From Rhizophagus irregularis (Eukaryota), in contig NC_089430.1 of NCBI RefSeq assembly GCF_026210795.1, positions 4,960,001 through 5,024,000 on the forward strand: a stretch of 64,000 nucleotides of DNA. The letters run 5' to 3'. Shown here piece by piece: positions 34,520-49,448 of the stretch (within the stretch, counting starts at the first letter, position 1; the number at the start of each line of letters is the position of its first letter). The translations under genes were made by a program, and so were the position numbers. Under the pieces are notes generated by a model. That model had not been told where the DNA came from, ran no database searches, and saw only the letters and a program-made list of their open reading frames with translations.

Positions 34520-36294
34520 CATAGTAAATATATTAAATTTCTTCGTATATGTATAATTTATTATAAATATAGGTCAATTTTCTTGTTGTAATAAAAGGGA
34601 ATAAATAAAGTTTTCATTTTTAAGTTATAAAGTGACAATTTTTATCAAGTGAAATCCTTTATTCGTGTTTGGAGGTATATGCCGACGTACAGCGCTATAC
34701 AACACGTCTGATCGGATAATTTTGATACATTGTTTAACATATTGTTTAATTATACACTAATTAACCTTCTGCTACATAACCACATAAATTGCTTAATAAT
34801 TTTAAGCGTAAAGAACTGATACAACACAATCAAACTTGATTTACCCAATATAACAGTTATTTGGCACTTCGTGCCGAATAACTATTAAATATATTTCAGT
34901 ATTGATAAATGTACTGCAAATAAAAGAAATATTGCCGTTAAATGAGACCATCACAAGGACTATTCAATTTTAATTGTTCATCAGGTTTTGGCTAACAGAA
35001 TTGATCAGTGATCTGATTTTCCCGAATTACTGAAAAGTAGAATGTTTTGATCATTTTCGCTATAATTTATCTATCTTACCTATACCGAATAAGGTTAAAA
35101 TACAGTAACTAATGTGATATAGTAATCAAAATGTTTGCCAGTTAATATAGTCAATGACAGCTGGTAAATTAAAATCAATATTTGGTTATACTTATTATCC
35201 GTAATTTTATATTTCAATCGTTCATTCAGTTCATAAGAAATGGCAATAACAGTAACTTCTTTGTGTGATCAAGTTATCAACTAAGAATCTGGTCATGTCA
35301 TTCCATAGTCCGTATAAAGTTTTATTATGTAATTCAATTGACTGTTACTGCTTTGGTTCCAAGAAAATATCCAAAGAAGCAATAAGAAGAGAAGCGTGAC
35401 GTCTATACGAAAATTCAGAAGGTATTCAAGAATTTAGAAAAAAAAATCTTAAGGTGAAGACCAAAATGAATTTGAAGGGTTGGTTTTGTGAAATTAAATC
35501 TCACATTTTTTTTATATTTTTTTTTAATATTATGAACTTGTTTTTTTAAATTGCTTTGGTAAATACAATCTCTTAAATTTCTAAAGCAATAAATAAAAAT
35601 CTATTTTATGGAAATAAAATTTACGCAGTTATGTATTTTCTGCTCTTTAATTAAAAAAAAATTTAGAGTCAACATTAATTTTTGAATGTGTAGACGTAGT
35701 GATAATTATTTTCTTACAACATATATTTTTATTTTTATTTTTATTTAACAGTAATAGTTAGCGAATACAAATTTTATAAACATATCAAAAGTAATGAAAA
35801 AGTAAAATAAAAAAATGAACTAAACTATCAGAAGAATCTACTTCGACGGTGGGGCAATTAAACACGAAACTATTAAAGATATAACCAACTACACCTAAAA
35901 ACCATTTCTTTAATTAACCCACTACCTCCCATACACTAGCCGAAACTTGGTAAGTTGAAGCCCGCCCTGCAGAAGAAAGTAAAATTGACCCAATAAAATT
36001 ATATAAATCAAACTACTAAAATCTACGATGGCGCTTTCTTACAACATATATTAAAACAATCAAAAGATATTATTGGGCGTTTTTTATAAAACTAGTAACG
36101 ATTTTGTTGATCATTTGTTGATCATTTATTTTAAATTTATTATAAAATTTTGTCACGAGATTTTCTATGGAAATCATTTCTCAATTTGTTATTAAAACAC
36201 CTGCTGAATTGCCTCGAAATTAAAAATCATTTCCCTTTTTATAAAAAAATTTCCTTTTTGGTAAAAAACTCTCAGATTAATCTTATATAACTTT

Positions 36295-36356
36295 ATGTCA
36301 ATGTCAATGTCAGTGACAATGTCAATGTCAATGTCAATGTCAATGTCAATGACAAT
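36295..36356 (+). repeat. (ATGTCA)n hexamer microsatellite
   Basis: About 10 near-perfect copies. Confidence 0.9.
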
Positions 36357-36664
36357 GAAAAAAACTTCTAATGCCAACTTTTCGCAAAAACTCTTCCTGT
36401 GCCACTAAAAGTCCCTGTTAAATTGTTGCATCATTCAATATTTGCATAATTTCATTTTTTGTTGATCATTAAAATTTCATAAAATATTGCAAAAAAATAA
36501 AAAAATTGTAAAAAAAACGTTTCAGTGTTTTTTCATATAATATTATTAAAAAAAATGCCAAAAACTTTTTTTTTTGCATTACTATTAAGAAAAAAACGTT
36601 TTGGCATTTTTCCATATAAAATTATAAAAAAAATAACACAAAAACGTTTTTTCTTCATTTTTTA

Positions 36665-37880
36665 TTTTTTTAACAAAAAATGTCAAGACTGACATTTTTA
36701 ATTAAAAAAAACCAATATTTTTTTTGATTTTTAATCACAAAAATGTCAAGTCTGACGTTTTTAATTAAAAAAATCATTTTTTTTTGATTTTTTAATTACA
36801 AAAACGTCAAGTCTGACGTTTTTAATTAAAAAAAAACCAATATTTTTTTGATTTTTATTTTTTAATCACAAAAATGTCAAGTCTGACGTTTTTTAATTAA
36901 AAAATCATTTTTTTTGATTTTTAATTACAAAAACGTCAAGTCTGACATTTTTAAATAAAAAAATCAATTTTTTTGATTTTTAATTACAAAATTGTCAAAT
37001 CTAACGTAAAAAATAATTTTTTGAATCATAAAAATGTCAAATCTGACGTTTTTAATTAAAAAATCATTTTTTTTATTTTTAATCACAAAAATGTCATGTC
37101 TGACGTTTTTAACTAAACAAATCATTTTTTTTTGATTTTTTAATTAAAAAACGTCAAGTCTGATGTTTTTTAACTAAAAAAGTCATTTTTTTGATTTTTT
37201 AATTACAAAAACGTCAAGTCTGACGTTTTTTAACTAAAAAAGTCATTTTTTTGATTTTTTAATTACAAAAACGTCAAGTCTGACGTTTTTTAACTAAAAA
37301 AGTCATTTTTTTGATTTTTTAATTACAAAAACGTCAAGTCTGACGTTTTTTAACTAAAAAAGTCATTTTTTTGATTTTTTAATTACAAAAACGTCAAGTC
37401 TGACGTTTTTTAACTAAAAAAGTCATTTTTTTTGATTTTTTAATTACAAAAACGTCAAGTCTGACGTTTTTTAACTAAAAAAGTCATTTTTTTTGATTTT
37501 TTAATTACAAAAAGTTCAAGTCTGACGTTTTTTAACTAAAAAAGTCATTTTTTGATTTTTTAATTACAAAAACGTCAAATCTGACGTTTTTAATTAAAAA
37601 AATCATTTTTTTTATTTTTAATCACAAAAATGTCATGTCTGACGTTTTTTAACTAAAAAAGTCATTTTTTTTTTGATTTTTTAATTACAAAAACGTCAAG
37701 TCTGACGTTTTTTAACTGAAAAAGTCATTTTTTTTGATTTTTTAATTACAAAAACGTCAAGTCTGACGTTTTTTAACTGAAAAAGTCATTTTTTTTGATT
37801 TTTTAATTACAAAAACGTCAAGTCTGACGTTTTTAATAAAAAAATCAATTTTTTTATATTTAATTATAAAAACGTTTGAT
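36665..37880 (+). repeat. ~60-bp tandem satellite (~20 copies) with internal palindrome AAAAACGTCA-AGTC-TGACGTTTTT
   Basis: Consecutive identical 60-bp lines at 37201-37380; copies degenerate toward the left. Confidence 0.95.
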
Positions 37881-38945
37881 GACCCGACCCAAAATTTTCG
37901 AGTCAATCTGACAGTATAATGATTATAACTCACTAATAATTACCAAGTTACTCTAGTTTGATAATACGATAATGATCCAATATAGTAACAATCTCCTATA
38001 ATCATTCTTAATTATAAACTTTATACCATACGGTATTAATAACAAAAAAAAAAGTTCTTCTATTCCCTTTTCCCTCTAAATCTTTCAATGGTCTTTCATA
38101 GTACTTACATTTAAAATATTACTACTCATAGATAAGTGCACCATATAAGTACAAGAATAGATGGTGAAGCCTAGAAAATCTTATCAAAAATAATCTAGAG
38201 TTCAAATCTGATGTTTCTAGTACATCATTTTAAAATCCTTGTTTAAATAAAATTTAATTAATTAAATTCCGTTATTTCAATTATTAAGAACAACATAATA
38301 AAAAATTTATTTGCTCAGACATAACTCAAATATTCTAAAGAGAAATTACACAAGGAATATTGGAATATTAAAGAGTATGACCAACGAAACAAAATCAGAC
38401 CTGTTCGCAATTTTAATGTCAAGAGCCGAAATTATATGATGCTAGTCAACATGATAAATTATAGTTTGAACTGTTAGTCCTTAATGTACAGTTTTAACGA
38501 AGGTGATTAGATCATTTCTAAATTTATCCACTTTTCTTGACATTTGTTTCATTTGTTTGTTAACGTCACTTCAATATACCATACAATATCTATATTCCGT
38601 AAATTATAAATTAATAATTTGCGTTTAAATACTATGATTCTATACTTTAACCACTTCGTACTAGTCAAAAATTAAGAAATTATGTCACGTTCCACATTTT
38701 AGTTTAGGTATTTATTGTTTAATAAATGAATTCAAATAAATATAAAATAAATGGATAAATAATACATACTATATAAAAAAATATAAAAAAAAAACGGAGT
38801 AACGAAAAAAATTTGTAAATAAATTTAGACTTCGCTTATTTTTTGAAAAATACTAGGTTGAATGAAGAAACCATCTTTTACAATATTTAAATAAAAAAAT
38901 ACGTCAAAGTGTTAAAACGCTAAATAAAAATTATTGATTATTGTT

Positions 38946-41900
38946 TTAGATTTTTTCTTTGCCTTTAGATTTGCTATTTCGATCTAAATAAAAAAGTGTA
39001 ACATATTACTAAGTACAAATAAAAAAGTTTATTATAAATACTATATGTTAAACTTACCGTCTTCGCCGTCTTCGTTAAAGTTCAATTGAGAAATATCAAT
39101 TTGCAAAGACACTATTCAATAAATAAAGCATTTATTAGCAGTTAGTAATTTTATGATTGCATATTTATTCAAAAAATCAATACCTGATGAATTTATGTTA
39201 ATTATACTGTCATTTTTCTCATAACAAACATCAGAAGTTTTTAATTTGAATAAATTATTATCGTTAATTTTCGATTGAGAAATATCAATATGTAAAGACA
39301 AAGACGCTATTTAACAAATAAGAGATATATCAGTATTTTACAATTAACTTGAACTATTCTATATTAATCAGTACCTGAAGCTTTTATGCTAATTATATTA
39401 TCATTTCGTTCATCATAATAATCATAAGAATTTTTTGGTTCGGGAAGATTATTATAATTAAGTAATCTACTTGTATATATACTAGCTCCTGAATGTGTTT
39501 TGTATGATATTCCTAAACTAGTTGAAGGTTTAATGCAAGTTGATATATTATTATTTATTTGCTCTGCCTCTTTAATTTGCTTTTGTAATTCTTCACTTGG
39601 CATGTAATACCATTGACCAAGAGTTTCTTTAATTGTTTTTGCTGTTGGTCGGTTCAACGGATTTGCATCCAAGCATGTTTTAATAAGATGTATAATTAAT
39701 TGTGGTACTTTAATATTAAACCTTGGTCTGAGCCCTTGACAAATTTTTATTGCTAAATTTTCATCATGACTTACATCATGATATGGAGATAATCCAGAAA
39801 TTATTTCATACATAATTATACCAAAACTATAAACATCGGACGCTTTGGCATAGCTTTGACCTCGTAATATTTCAGGTGCAACATAAGGTAAAATACCATA
39901 GATATTATTTTCTGACGTATTATAATCTGCAGGTTTACATAATCCCATGTCTGTTATGACAGTGTTATATTTAAGCTTTAATAAATTACCAATGTGTAAA
40001 TCTCGATGAATCAATTCTTTTTCATGAATATCTTTAATTCCATATGCAATTCTATATAAATGGATAATCTTATCGTTCAAGGTTAATTTATTATGAATTG
40101 TACTCAAATAATTTCTCAAATTTCCATGTTCTGCGTAATCCATAACCATAATATAATTATTTGTTCCTGGTTCTTAAGATATTCCATAAAGTTTAATAAT
40201 ACAATTACCCAAATTAACTTTATAATGTGATGTAATCTAAAAATAAATAAATATATGAGCAAAGTTAATTTCAATTTATATTAAACAAAAAATAATTTTA
40301 CCTCATTCATAAATTCCAATGTAACATTTTTTGAATTATATAAACTTTTCAGAGCCACAAACATCTTTCGGTCTTTCCTCTTCCAATTCTGCTTTTTACC
40401 ATCCCATTTATCTATACATCCATCAATCCAATTTGCTTTATACACTTTTCCAAACCCACCTTTTGCAATATATTTCATATCATAAAATCTGTCATAAGAT
40501 ATCCATTCTAATGCATTATTTGTATAACAATCTGACAGTTGAGTATCTCGAATGAATTTATCAATATTGTCATTACCACTAGTCCAACTTTTAAAATTTT
40601 GTCGAAATTTTATTGCATCGCATACATCATTACATTTTTCACATATATCATTAACAACCACCATATAATCTTTTGTTTTTGAATTTTGAGTTATTCCATA
40701 AGCTTTATGGGGTACTGTAATCTGTTAAAAACAATAATGGTTATTAATAAATTTAAGTATTTATTATATGACAATTATTCTTACCTTAGTAATAAATAAT
40801 TTTATCTCATCTATAAATTCCAATGTAACATTTTTTGAACTATTTAAACATTTCAGAATTACAAACATATTCTGATTTTTTCTTTTCAAATTCTGATTTC
40901 TATAATCCCATTTATCTATACATCCATCAATCCAATTTGCTTCATATACTTCACTAGACCCACCCATTATAATATGCTTGATGTTATAAAGCCTATTATA
41001 AGGTATCCATTCTAGTGCATTACTTGTATAACAATCTGACAGTTGAGTATCTCGAATGAATTTATCAATATTGTCATTACCACTAGTCCAACTTTTAAAA
41101 TTTTGTCGAAATTTTATTGCATCGCATACATCATTACATTTTTCACATATATCATTAACAACCACCATATAATCTTTTGTTTTTGGATTTTGAGTTATTC
41201 CATAAACTTTACGGGATGTTATAATCTACAAATATAATAAATTTTTTAAGTTCTTTAATAAAACAAAAACTTCCAAAATATTCAATTAATAATAAATCAC
41301 TTTTACCTCATTTATAAATAATTTCACTTCATTTATAAATTCTAATGTAGCATTTTTTGAATTATTTAAATCTTTCAAAACCACATACATATTTTGATTT
41401 TTTCTTTCCCAATTTTGGTATTAATTATCCCAAATATATATGTATCCATCAATCCAATTTGCTATGTTCACTTCAGCAATCTTATGTAATTTATTATAAG
41501 GTATCCATTCTAATGCATTACATTTATAATAACTATGATCTGATAGCTGAGAATTTTGAATAAAATTATCAATATCACTGTCACCACTAGTCCAATTTCC
41601 AAAATTTTGTAAAAAATGCATTGCATTACATATATGATTATATTGTTTATATTTGTTATTAAAAACAACCATATAATTTTTTGTTTCTGTATTTTGAGTT
41701 ATTCCATAAACTTCATGGAATGCTCTAATCTGCAATATAGTAAATATATTAAATATATTAATAAATATATCTAAATTTCATTAAATAATAAATTAGATAT
41801 ACCTTATTTATAAATGATTTAATTTCATCTATAACATTTTTTGAATTATTTAAACATATCAGAATTACAAACATATTCTGATTTCTATAATTCCATTCAT

Positions 41901-44168
41901 CTATACATCCACCAATCCAATTTGCTTCATATACTTCATTAGACCCACTCATTATAATATGCTTGATGTTATAAAGCCTATTATAAGGTATCCATTCTAG
42001 TGCATTACTTGCATAACAATCTGATAGTTGAGTATCTTGAATAAATTTATCAATATTAATACTACCACTAGTCCAGTTTTTGGTATTTCGTCGGAAACGT
42101 ATTATACTACATATAAAATTACATTTTTCACATATATCATTGATAACTATCATATAATCTTTTGTATCTGGATTTTGAGTTATTCCATAAACTTTATGGG
42201 ATGCTGTAATCTATAAATATAATAAAATCATTAATGCAGTAATTAAAATTGTAATACTTCAAATAATAAGTAAATCATACCTTATTCATATATAATTTCA
42301 CCTCATTTATAAATTCCAATACAGAAGAATTATTTAAACTTTCCAAAATAACAAACATATCTAAATCTTTTCTTTTCCAAATTTGATTTTTGTCATCCCA
42401 TTCATCTATACATCCGTCAACCCAATTTGCTATATATACTTCACCCTTTACAATAATATGTTTAATATTATATAACTTATTATAAGGTATCCATTCTAAA
42501 GCTTTTTCCACATTAACATGAGCTGATAGCTGAGAACCTTGAATAAATTTATCAATATCACTGTTACCACTAGTCCAATCTTCAATATTTTGTAAAAAAT
42601 GGATTGCATTACATATTTTATTATCCATTTCACATGAAAAAACCATCATATAATTTTTCGTTTCTGGATCTTGAGTTATTCCATAAACTTTATGGGATTC
42701 TGTTATCTACAGATAAATATATATATATTGATTATATTAGCGAAATTAGCAATTATTAAAATTTACTTAATTTAATAATAAATGATTTACCTCATTCACA
42801 AATTCCAATGTAATATTTGGTTTGTATTTTAAAATTACAAACATACTTTGATTTTTCTTTCCCAATTTTGACTTTTATCATCCCATTTATTTATATATCC
42901 ATCAATCCAATTTGCTCTATATATTTTATCTTTAGCAACGCATTTGATATTATAAAATCTATGATAAGGTATCCATTCTAATGTATAATGGTGTATATAA
43001 TACCTATGATGATATAATTGCTGAGTATTATGAATAAGTCTGTCAATATCATCATTACCACTAGTCCAGTTTTTGAAATTTCGTTGAAAATGTATTACAC
43101 TACATACAAAATTACATTTTTCACATATATCATTCTGAATCATCATATAATTTTTTGTTTCTGGATCTTGTGTTATTCCTATGGTAATCTATAAAAATAA
43201 TAAAATTACAAATATTATAATTCTTAGTAATAACTGATATTTTAATAAATAACAAAATAATTTTACCTTGTTCAAAGATCCTGTTATAGTATATTTTGGA
43301 TTACTTAAATTTTTTAGAATCACAAACATATTTTGATCTTTTCTTTTCTAATTTTGATTTTCATTATCCCATTTATTTATATATCCATCAATCCAATTTG
43401 CTCTATATACTTTATCTTTCGCAATCCATTTAATATCATATAATCTATCATAAGGTATCCACTCTAATGCCTTTGATATTTGATAGTTTCTATGTGATGA
43501 TAGCTGAGTATTATGAATAAGTCTGTCAATATCATCATTACCACTAGTCCAATTTTTGAAATTTCGTTGAAAATGTGTTACATTACATATATAATTACAT
43601 TTCTCACATGTATCATCTTGAACCATTATATAATTTTTTGTTTCTGAATCTTGAGATACTCCATAAACTTTATAGAACCCTGTAATCTACAAATAGTTAT
43701 GTTAAATATGTTAATAATAATTAAATTTAAGTAATTATATTAAATTAAATTATACAGTACCTTTTTTATAAGTCTTAATATACCATCTTTTGAATAATCA
43801 AAATATTTCAAAACCACAAGCATATTTTGATCTTTTCTTATCCAATTTTTATTTTTATTATCCAAATTATTTATACGGCCATCAATCCAATTTGCAATAT
43901 ATACTCTGCCAAACTCATCTTTTACAATACATTTAATATTACAAAACCTATCAAAAGGTATCCATTCTAATGCATAACGCGCATATTGACTATGATCTAA
44001 CAGCTGGGTATCCTGAATAATTTTATCAATATCATTATTACCACTAGTCCAGTTTTTAAAATTCTGCTGAAAGAGTTTTGCACAACATATATTATTACAT
44101 TTTACACATCTCTCATCAACATATAAAGACTTAATTAACTCTGTAATATTTTGAATGAAATAATCCAT
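38946..44168 (-). pseudogene. TKL kinase K3 with 8 tandem N-lobe repeat exons; premature stops/frameshift in three repeats
   Basis: Eight WTSG/EWIP/NWIDG units; TAG at 43348, frame break near 42855, TAA at 41421; catalytic exon retains HRDLHIGN, DMG, APE. Confidence 0.85.
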
Positions 44169-46565
44169 TTAAAGTTATAAATGAGTTCAGATTGATAGAA
44201 TAATTAAAGTTTATTCGAAATTAAAAGAATTCCGGAAAAAAGGACAATTATTTTGCCGAAGATAACATAAATGGAATAGTTGATCACGTGTTCAGTATTC
44301 TCAAATTATACTATTATTTCATTGGGATGTTGATCATCTTGCCGTCATTTTAATCCCATCAATTTTTTGCGAAGCAAAACTATCTTACTGTGCCACAGTT
44401 AGATTTTAACGAAAAAATTATGAAAGGTTTCAAATATAGGTATTTACAGACTCTATCATTTGCAAGATTATTCTAGTATTATTTTAATAAGCAGGAAATT
44501 AGCCCGAAATTAGACCCAAATTAGCCCGAAGAAAACCAGGGAACCACCCGCCTTCTATTTTAAGAACAAAGAAAAAATTAATAAGCTGATCCGTATTTTT
44601 CTTTCACCGAGAGTGCTATACGTAAATAGAATCCAGTGTTGTTTATTTACATGTATTTAACAATGTTCTGGCGTCGGCAGAACATAGTGTGACCTGTCGA
44701 TCCCTTGACAAATAATTGAGACTGAGAGGGTTGGAGCGCATATGAAAATAGCACATGTGAGAAATTTTCATTTTGATAAAATTTTATGTCTAACTCGTTC
44801 ATCTCGTCTTCTTTCGACCTGCAATTTAACTTGTTTTCCGCTTTTATTATGAACATTTCGTGTAGCAACACAAATAGGTTTAGCAATAAGAGTTGACTTC
44901 AAAAAATATACGTAAAAGAAGTTACATGTAGCGAATGTAACGTGGACTAAGGTTTACAGTAAGAAAACAGCTCAAGTGGAAACACCCTAGTGGACCTTCT
45001 TCCGGACTAGTTTTTAATATTTTCCTTTACCACTATATACGTTTTTTTGGCTCCGCTTGGCTCTTTTCTCTCGGAAATTATTCGTTCATCTGGTTATGGC
45101 GCAGCAAAATTTTCAAGCGCGTTATTTAGGAAAGTTTGAGGGAAGATACACCAATCGGAATGAAGGGAATGATGTGATTATTGTGGAACACGATCCGGAA
45201 CTAAAATTGCTGATAATTCAGAAAAAATTTTTCCGGGAATGGTCTTATAGAATTTAGAATTTGGGAAGATCATTGTTCATGTTTTACTGCGGTTAGGTCA
45301 CGTGTTGGATGAGTTAGTTGTATTTTTTAAAGATATGGATTAGTCATAAAACGTAATGTTTTTAGATAGAATACTTTATTGACATGGTGTTTTTACGTCT
45401 AAGGCATGTTGTATGTTTTTTTAGACAAACAGCGTGCTACTAATAAAGAGAGATTTTTTTTTAAAAAAAAAAAAATTTTAGAGGTATAACAAATAAACTA
45501 TCTCCATGCATTTATTCCCAGCATCACATGACTTTCTAGCTGCCGGCTATTGTTTGAATGAAATCGGAGACCGTTTGCGCAGTATGCGCTCGACTGCGTT
45601 CAACTGATTATCCTAGTGACATTTAGCGGGGACCTTTATCTTGACGATAATGTTAAAGCTCTAAGATTTTCAGTTTTGCATACTTAGGATAATTAAGATT
45701 TTTCACAACTGAAAATTCAAATAAAAAAATCAGCCGGTAATGTCAATTTTAGCACAGTCATGTTCTACTATAGAAAAAAGATTTAAGGGCGTGCGTTGTT
45801 TTTGAGTGTTATAACATAGGGTTTATGTGCTCGTAGAACCATAACAGGACCCAGAAATATATATACAGGGGTAGGGTACACAGATGCGTCACCATCATAG
45901 TGAAATTAGACAGAGTAAAGATTGTTAATTATTAATATCATAAAAGCCCCTATAAAAAAAAATTCTGTAAAAACTCAGATAAATGATCATTTTTCTAGTT
46001 TTCATTCTGAAGAAACTCAGACACGTGATCATTTTTCTGAAAAAATTTTTATAGAGAAGTGTTAAGAAATTGGTTATTGCATATTAAATTCAATATTAAG
46101 AAGACTATTATAGTTGACTTAAAAAGTATAAATTAATTTTTATTCATTTATAACGTGTATGAGGGTATGTTTTTCGCTCATTCAATTTTTTTTTTTTCAT
46201 TATACGTAAAAATTCTTAACTTTATAGCAATTATTTCCTTTGATCTTTTACAACATTATTTCACTTTTTTTTGATAAATCAAAATGTTTATGATTATAGG
46301 TGAATAAACATGAGAAATTATCAAAATAGTCGATTAAAATTTTATATACCTAGCTTTAGGAAGATACTATAAGTCTGCAAAAGTATGTTAATCTCTCACA
46401 TGCGTTTTGTGTATTCGGAATTAATATTAAAAAATAGATTAGTAATTATTATTATTGTTGATTCATTATTGACAGAGGACCCCGAGCTATAATATATAAA
46501 GAGATAAGGCGTCAAAATTTACTCTTAGCTCTACGCATTTTTTTCAGGGCCAGAATTACAATAAT

Positions 46566-46640
46566 TTCATAATTTTCTCGTTCAAAGTTCATAATTTTCT
46601 TGTTTAAGTTCATAATTTTCTTATTCAGTTCAAAATTCTC
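46566..46640 (+). repeat. 21-22-bp tandem repeat (TTCATAATTTTCT...) x~4
   Basis: Read directly from sequence. Confidence 0.7.
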
Positions 46641-49448
46641 TGATTGTAAAAGATATTTAAGTTATTAAATTATAAGATTAAATTGTAAGCAAAAAGTAAG
46701 CAAAAATATAAGAATTGAGTTATCATTATTTAAATTCTTTTTTTGCATATAATTTTTTTGTAACTCAGATCTTAAAGTATTCGTTATCTTTCCTTATTAG
46801 GCTAAGCTTAATCTTTCTTAAGCTTTCAAATTCGATCATTATTAATATATTATTGAATATTAAATATTTCTTAAACATGTTCGGCGGAAAAGGCATTAAG
46901 GAGGTGGGAAAAGATGGAAGGAAGTCAAATGTAGGTAAAGCAAATAAGGAAGAAATTATAGAAAATTTCAATTGCTTTATCATATTTTTTTTAAAAAATA
47001 AATTTGGAACATTTCAAATATAAACTAATAAAATTTTAGGATCTCTTAATAAGGAAATAGGATCAAATGTGCAATCTAATAAATGTTCAAAAAAGAAAAT
47101 ATCTAATAACGAGCGGTAATATTTCATTTCCCAAATTAAAAAAAAATTGGTTTCGTTAAAGTAAATCACATGATTTTTTGATCAAATTATACCCGATGTA
47201 TTTACTTGAAAATTTTTTTACTATATTAAATAAATAGATATTTTTATAAAATCATATTTATTCTAACTAAAAAAATCATATAAAATAAATAAAAAAAAAA
47301 TATTTATTCAGATTACATTGCAGCACTTGCCCGATCCAAACCTAAGAGGCAAAAGAACAAAAAAAAAAAAAAAAAAATAGGAAAAAAGAAAGTATTAGTA
47401 AAATTATTAAAAAAAAAATCAGAAAAAAAGATTCTTAGCCTTAGTCCTTACCGTATTAATAATCGATAATCGATATCCAACCTAAAGGTGAAAGAACGAA
47501 AACTAATTAGAAAAAAAATATTACTATATGGAAAGAAAATTAAAAGCCATAAAAAAAAAACCGAAAAAAAAATATGATTAAGAAACCGGATTAGGAACGA
47601 ATTATTTTAACTATAACACAACACGGAACAAATCAGGTGCAGACATAACACGCGTTTTCATGTTACACAATTCAAATTATTTATAAAGATATAATAAATG
47701 TAATTTATATTACATAAAAGAAATAATACATACGTTTATTAATTTGAACCAAGATAACGGTAGATCATTCCTCTGTATTTTTTGCTTTTCGTCATAAGAA
47801 TGCAATTGGATTATATTTACCTAGATTGTACGACTTGTACGTGTTGTGCGATCTGTAGCACGTGAACTTCATTGTTTGTATGTGCACTTCATAAATATCT
47901 GTATCTATCTCCGTGCTGAAAATACTCATTAAAGAGAATTTAAAAAACAATCATGCTAAGAATACACACGCTTTACAATAAATAGTATACTGCTAATTGT
48001 TACATAATTAACGAATAGTAATTATATTTAAGATAATTTGAATAATTTATTAATTGCAAATTCATGTATTCAGCAAATATAATATATCATATAAATAAAT
48101 ATACAGGATATTTTATATTCTTCCAAATCACCAAATATTACTCTTTTTAATAATATTATTAATATTCGTAATTCCTTTATTATTTTATTACGTAATTTTC
48201 AAGTGTTATTTATTGTATGGAATAGCTGTTATCCGGTCGGTTACGATTACGAACTGATTGTTTTGACCTGATCGGCCTACTGCGAATTTTTTTTTTTAAA
48301 AAAATTATTTCTGATTAATAGTTTAACTTCCGTTTGATTATCAAGCTGAAATGGTTATCCGTTAAAAAAAGAAATTAATTTTTTTTTAATACGTGAAAAA
48401 TCACTTTGGCCGGATAATAATTTATAGTTAAAGTTTTATGATAAAATTGGATAGAAAAAATTTGTAACATATTTTTTTAAGGAATATAATAAATATATTT
48501 TGATTTTGTTAGGTATTACCGTAATATCATTTTTATTTTTGCCGCTTGCTTTGATTTTTTTTAAAAAAATGAATTGGAAAAATTAAAATCTATATTCTTA
48601 ATTTTTTTTTTATTAAACAATTTTTGGTTATACACTATTATTTTTTTTGCGTGAGTAATTCTCATTTTTGAGTGACTAAAATTTCTTTACAATTATGGCT
48701 TACCTATTTTAATTTCTTGTGCGGAACTGCGAATATTTTATATTTTGAAACATTTTTTTTTTCTACATAAGCCACGTTTTATTTTAATAAACGACGATGA
48801 AATTTGATATAATTTAAATAAAAAGAATAAACAAAAAATAAAAAAGTGATTATTATGAAAAGTGACTCAAACATAAATGGAAAACATAAACACGATATAT
48901 ATGAACCAGGCTTTTTCTTTAAGAAAATGGGAGAAATTTTTCAAATAAAAAATGGAAATGGAAAACATGCAAATGGACAATAATAACGTGGCTATATTGA
49001 TTAATAAAATTCACCAAGAATTAAAAGAATAAAATGGAATAACAATTAAATATATTATTAATTCATCTATCCTGAAACAAATAATGAAAAAGAGATCCTA
49101 GGCATTAAATATTTACAACATGTATCATTTGACGAAGATTTGGTGACGTATAGTTTATTTTTATATGTAAAGTGTGACAATATCAGTGACTTTCTAAAAA
49201 TAGTAATGATTTATGCATTGAAGTTAACAAATCACCGTTTGCCAAGAATTCTGTGTAATACAATTTACCGTTACTGCGCTCAGTGCGCTGAAATACAAAA
49301 TTATTATTTTTTCTTTATTTTATTTTCTATTTATATAACCTCGGTCGAAACAATTTTGTTTCCACCTTTTAACCCATACAAATTTTTTTAGCTTTTTTTT
49401 TATATCCTCTCAATCTGAATTTGTTTGTAAATTGTAAAAGTCCTGCTC

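Noticed and set aside
34406..36377. Short ORFs MINMS-repeat (34406-34591) and IDIDID (36192-36377)
   Set aside because: Translations of mini- and microsatellites
36665..37880. CRISPR array (palindromic repeats at regular spacing)
   Set aside because: Intervening sequences are near-identical rather than unique spacers; eukaryotic context; no cas genes
44490..45900. Genes in the moderately GC-richer spacer between K3 and K4
   Set aside because: Only short motif-less ORFs and an 11-bp triple repeat; probably promoter or TE debris that I cannot classify
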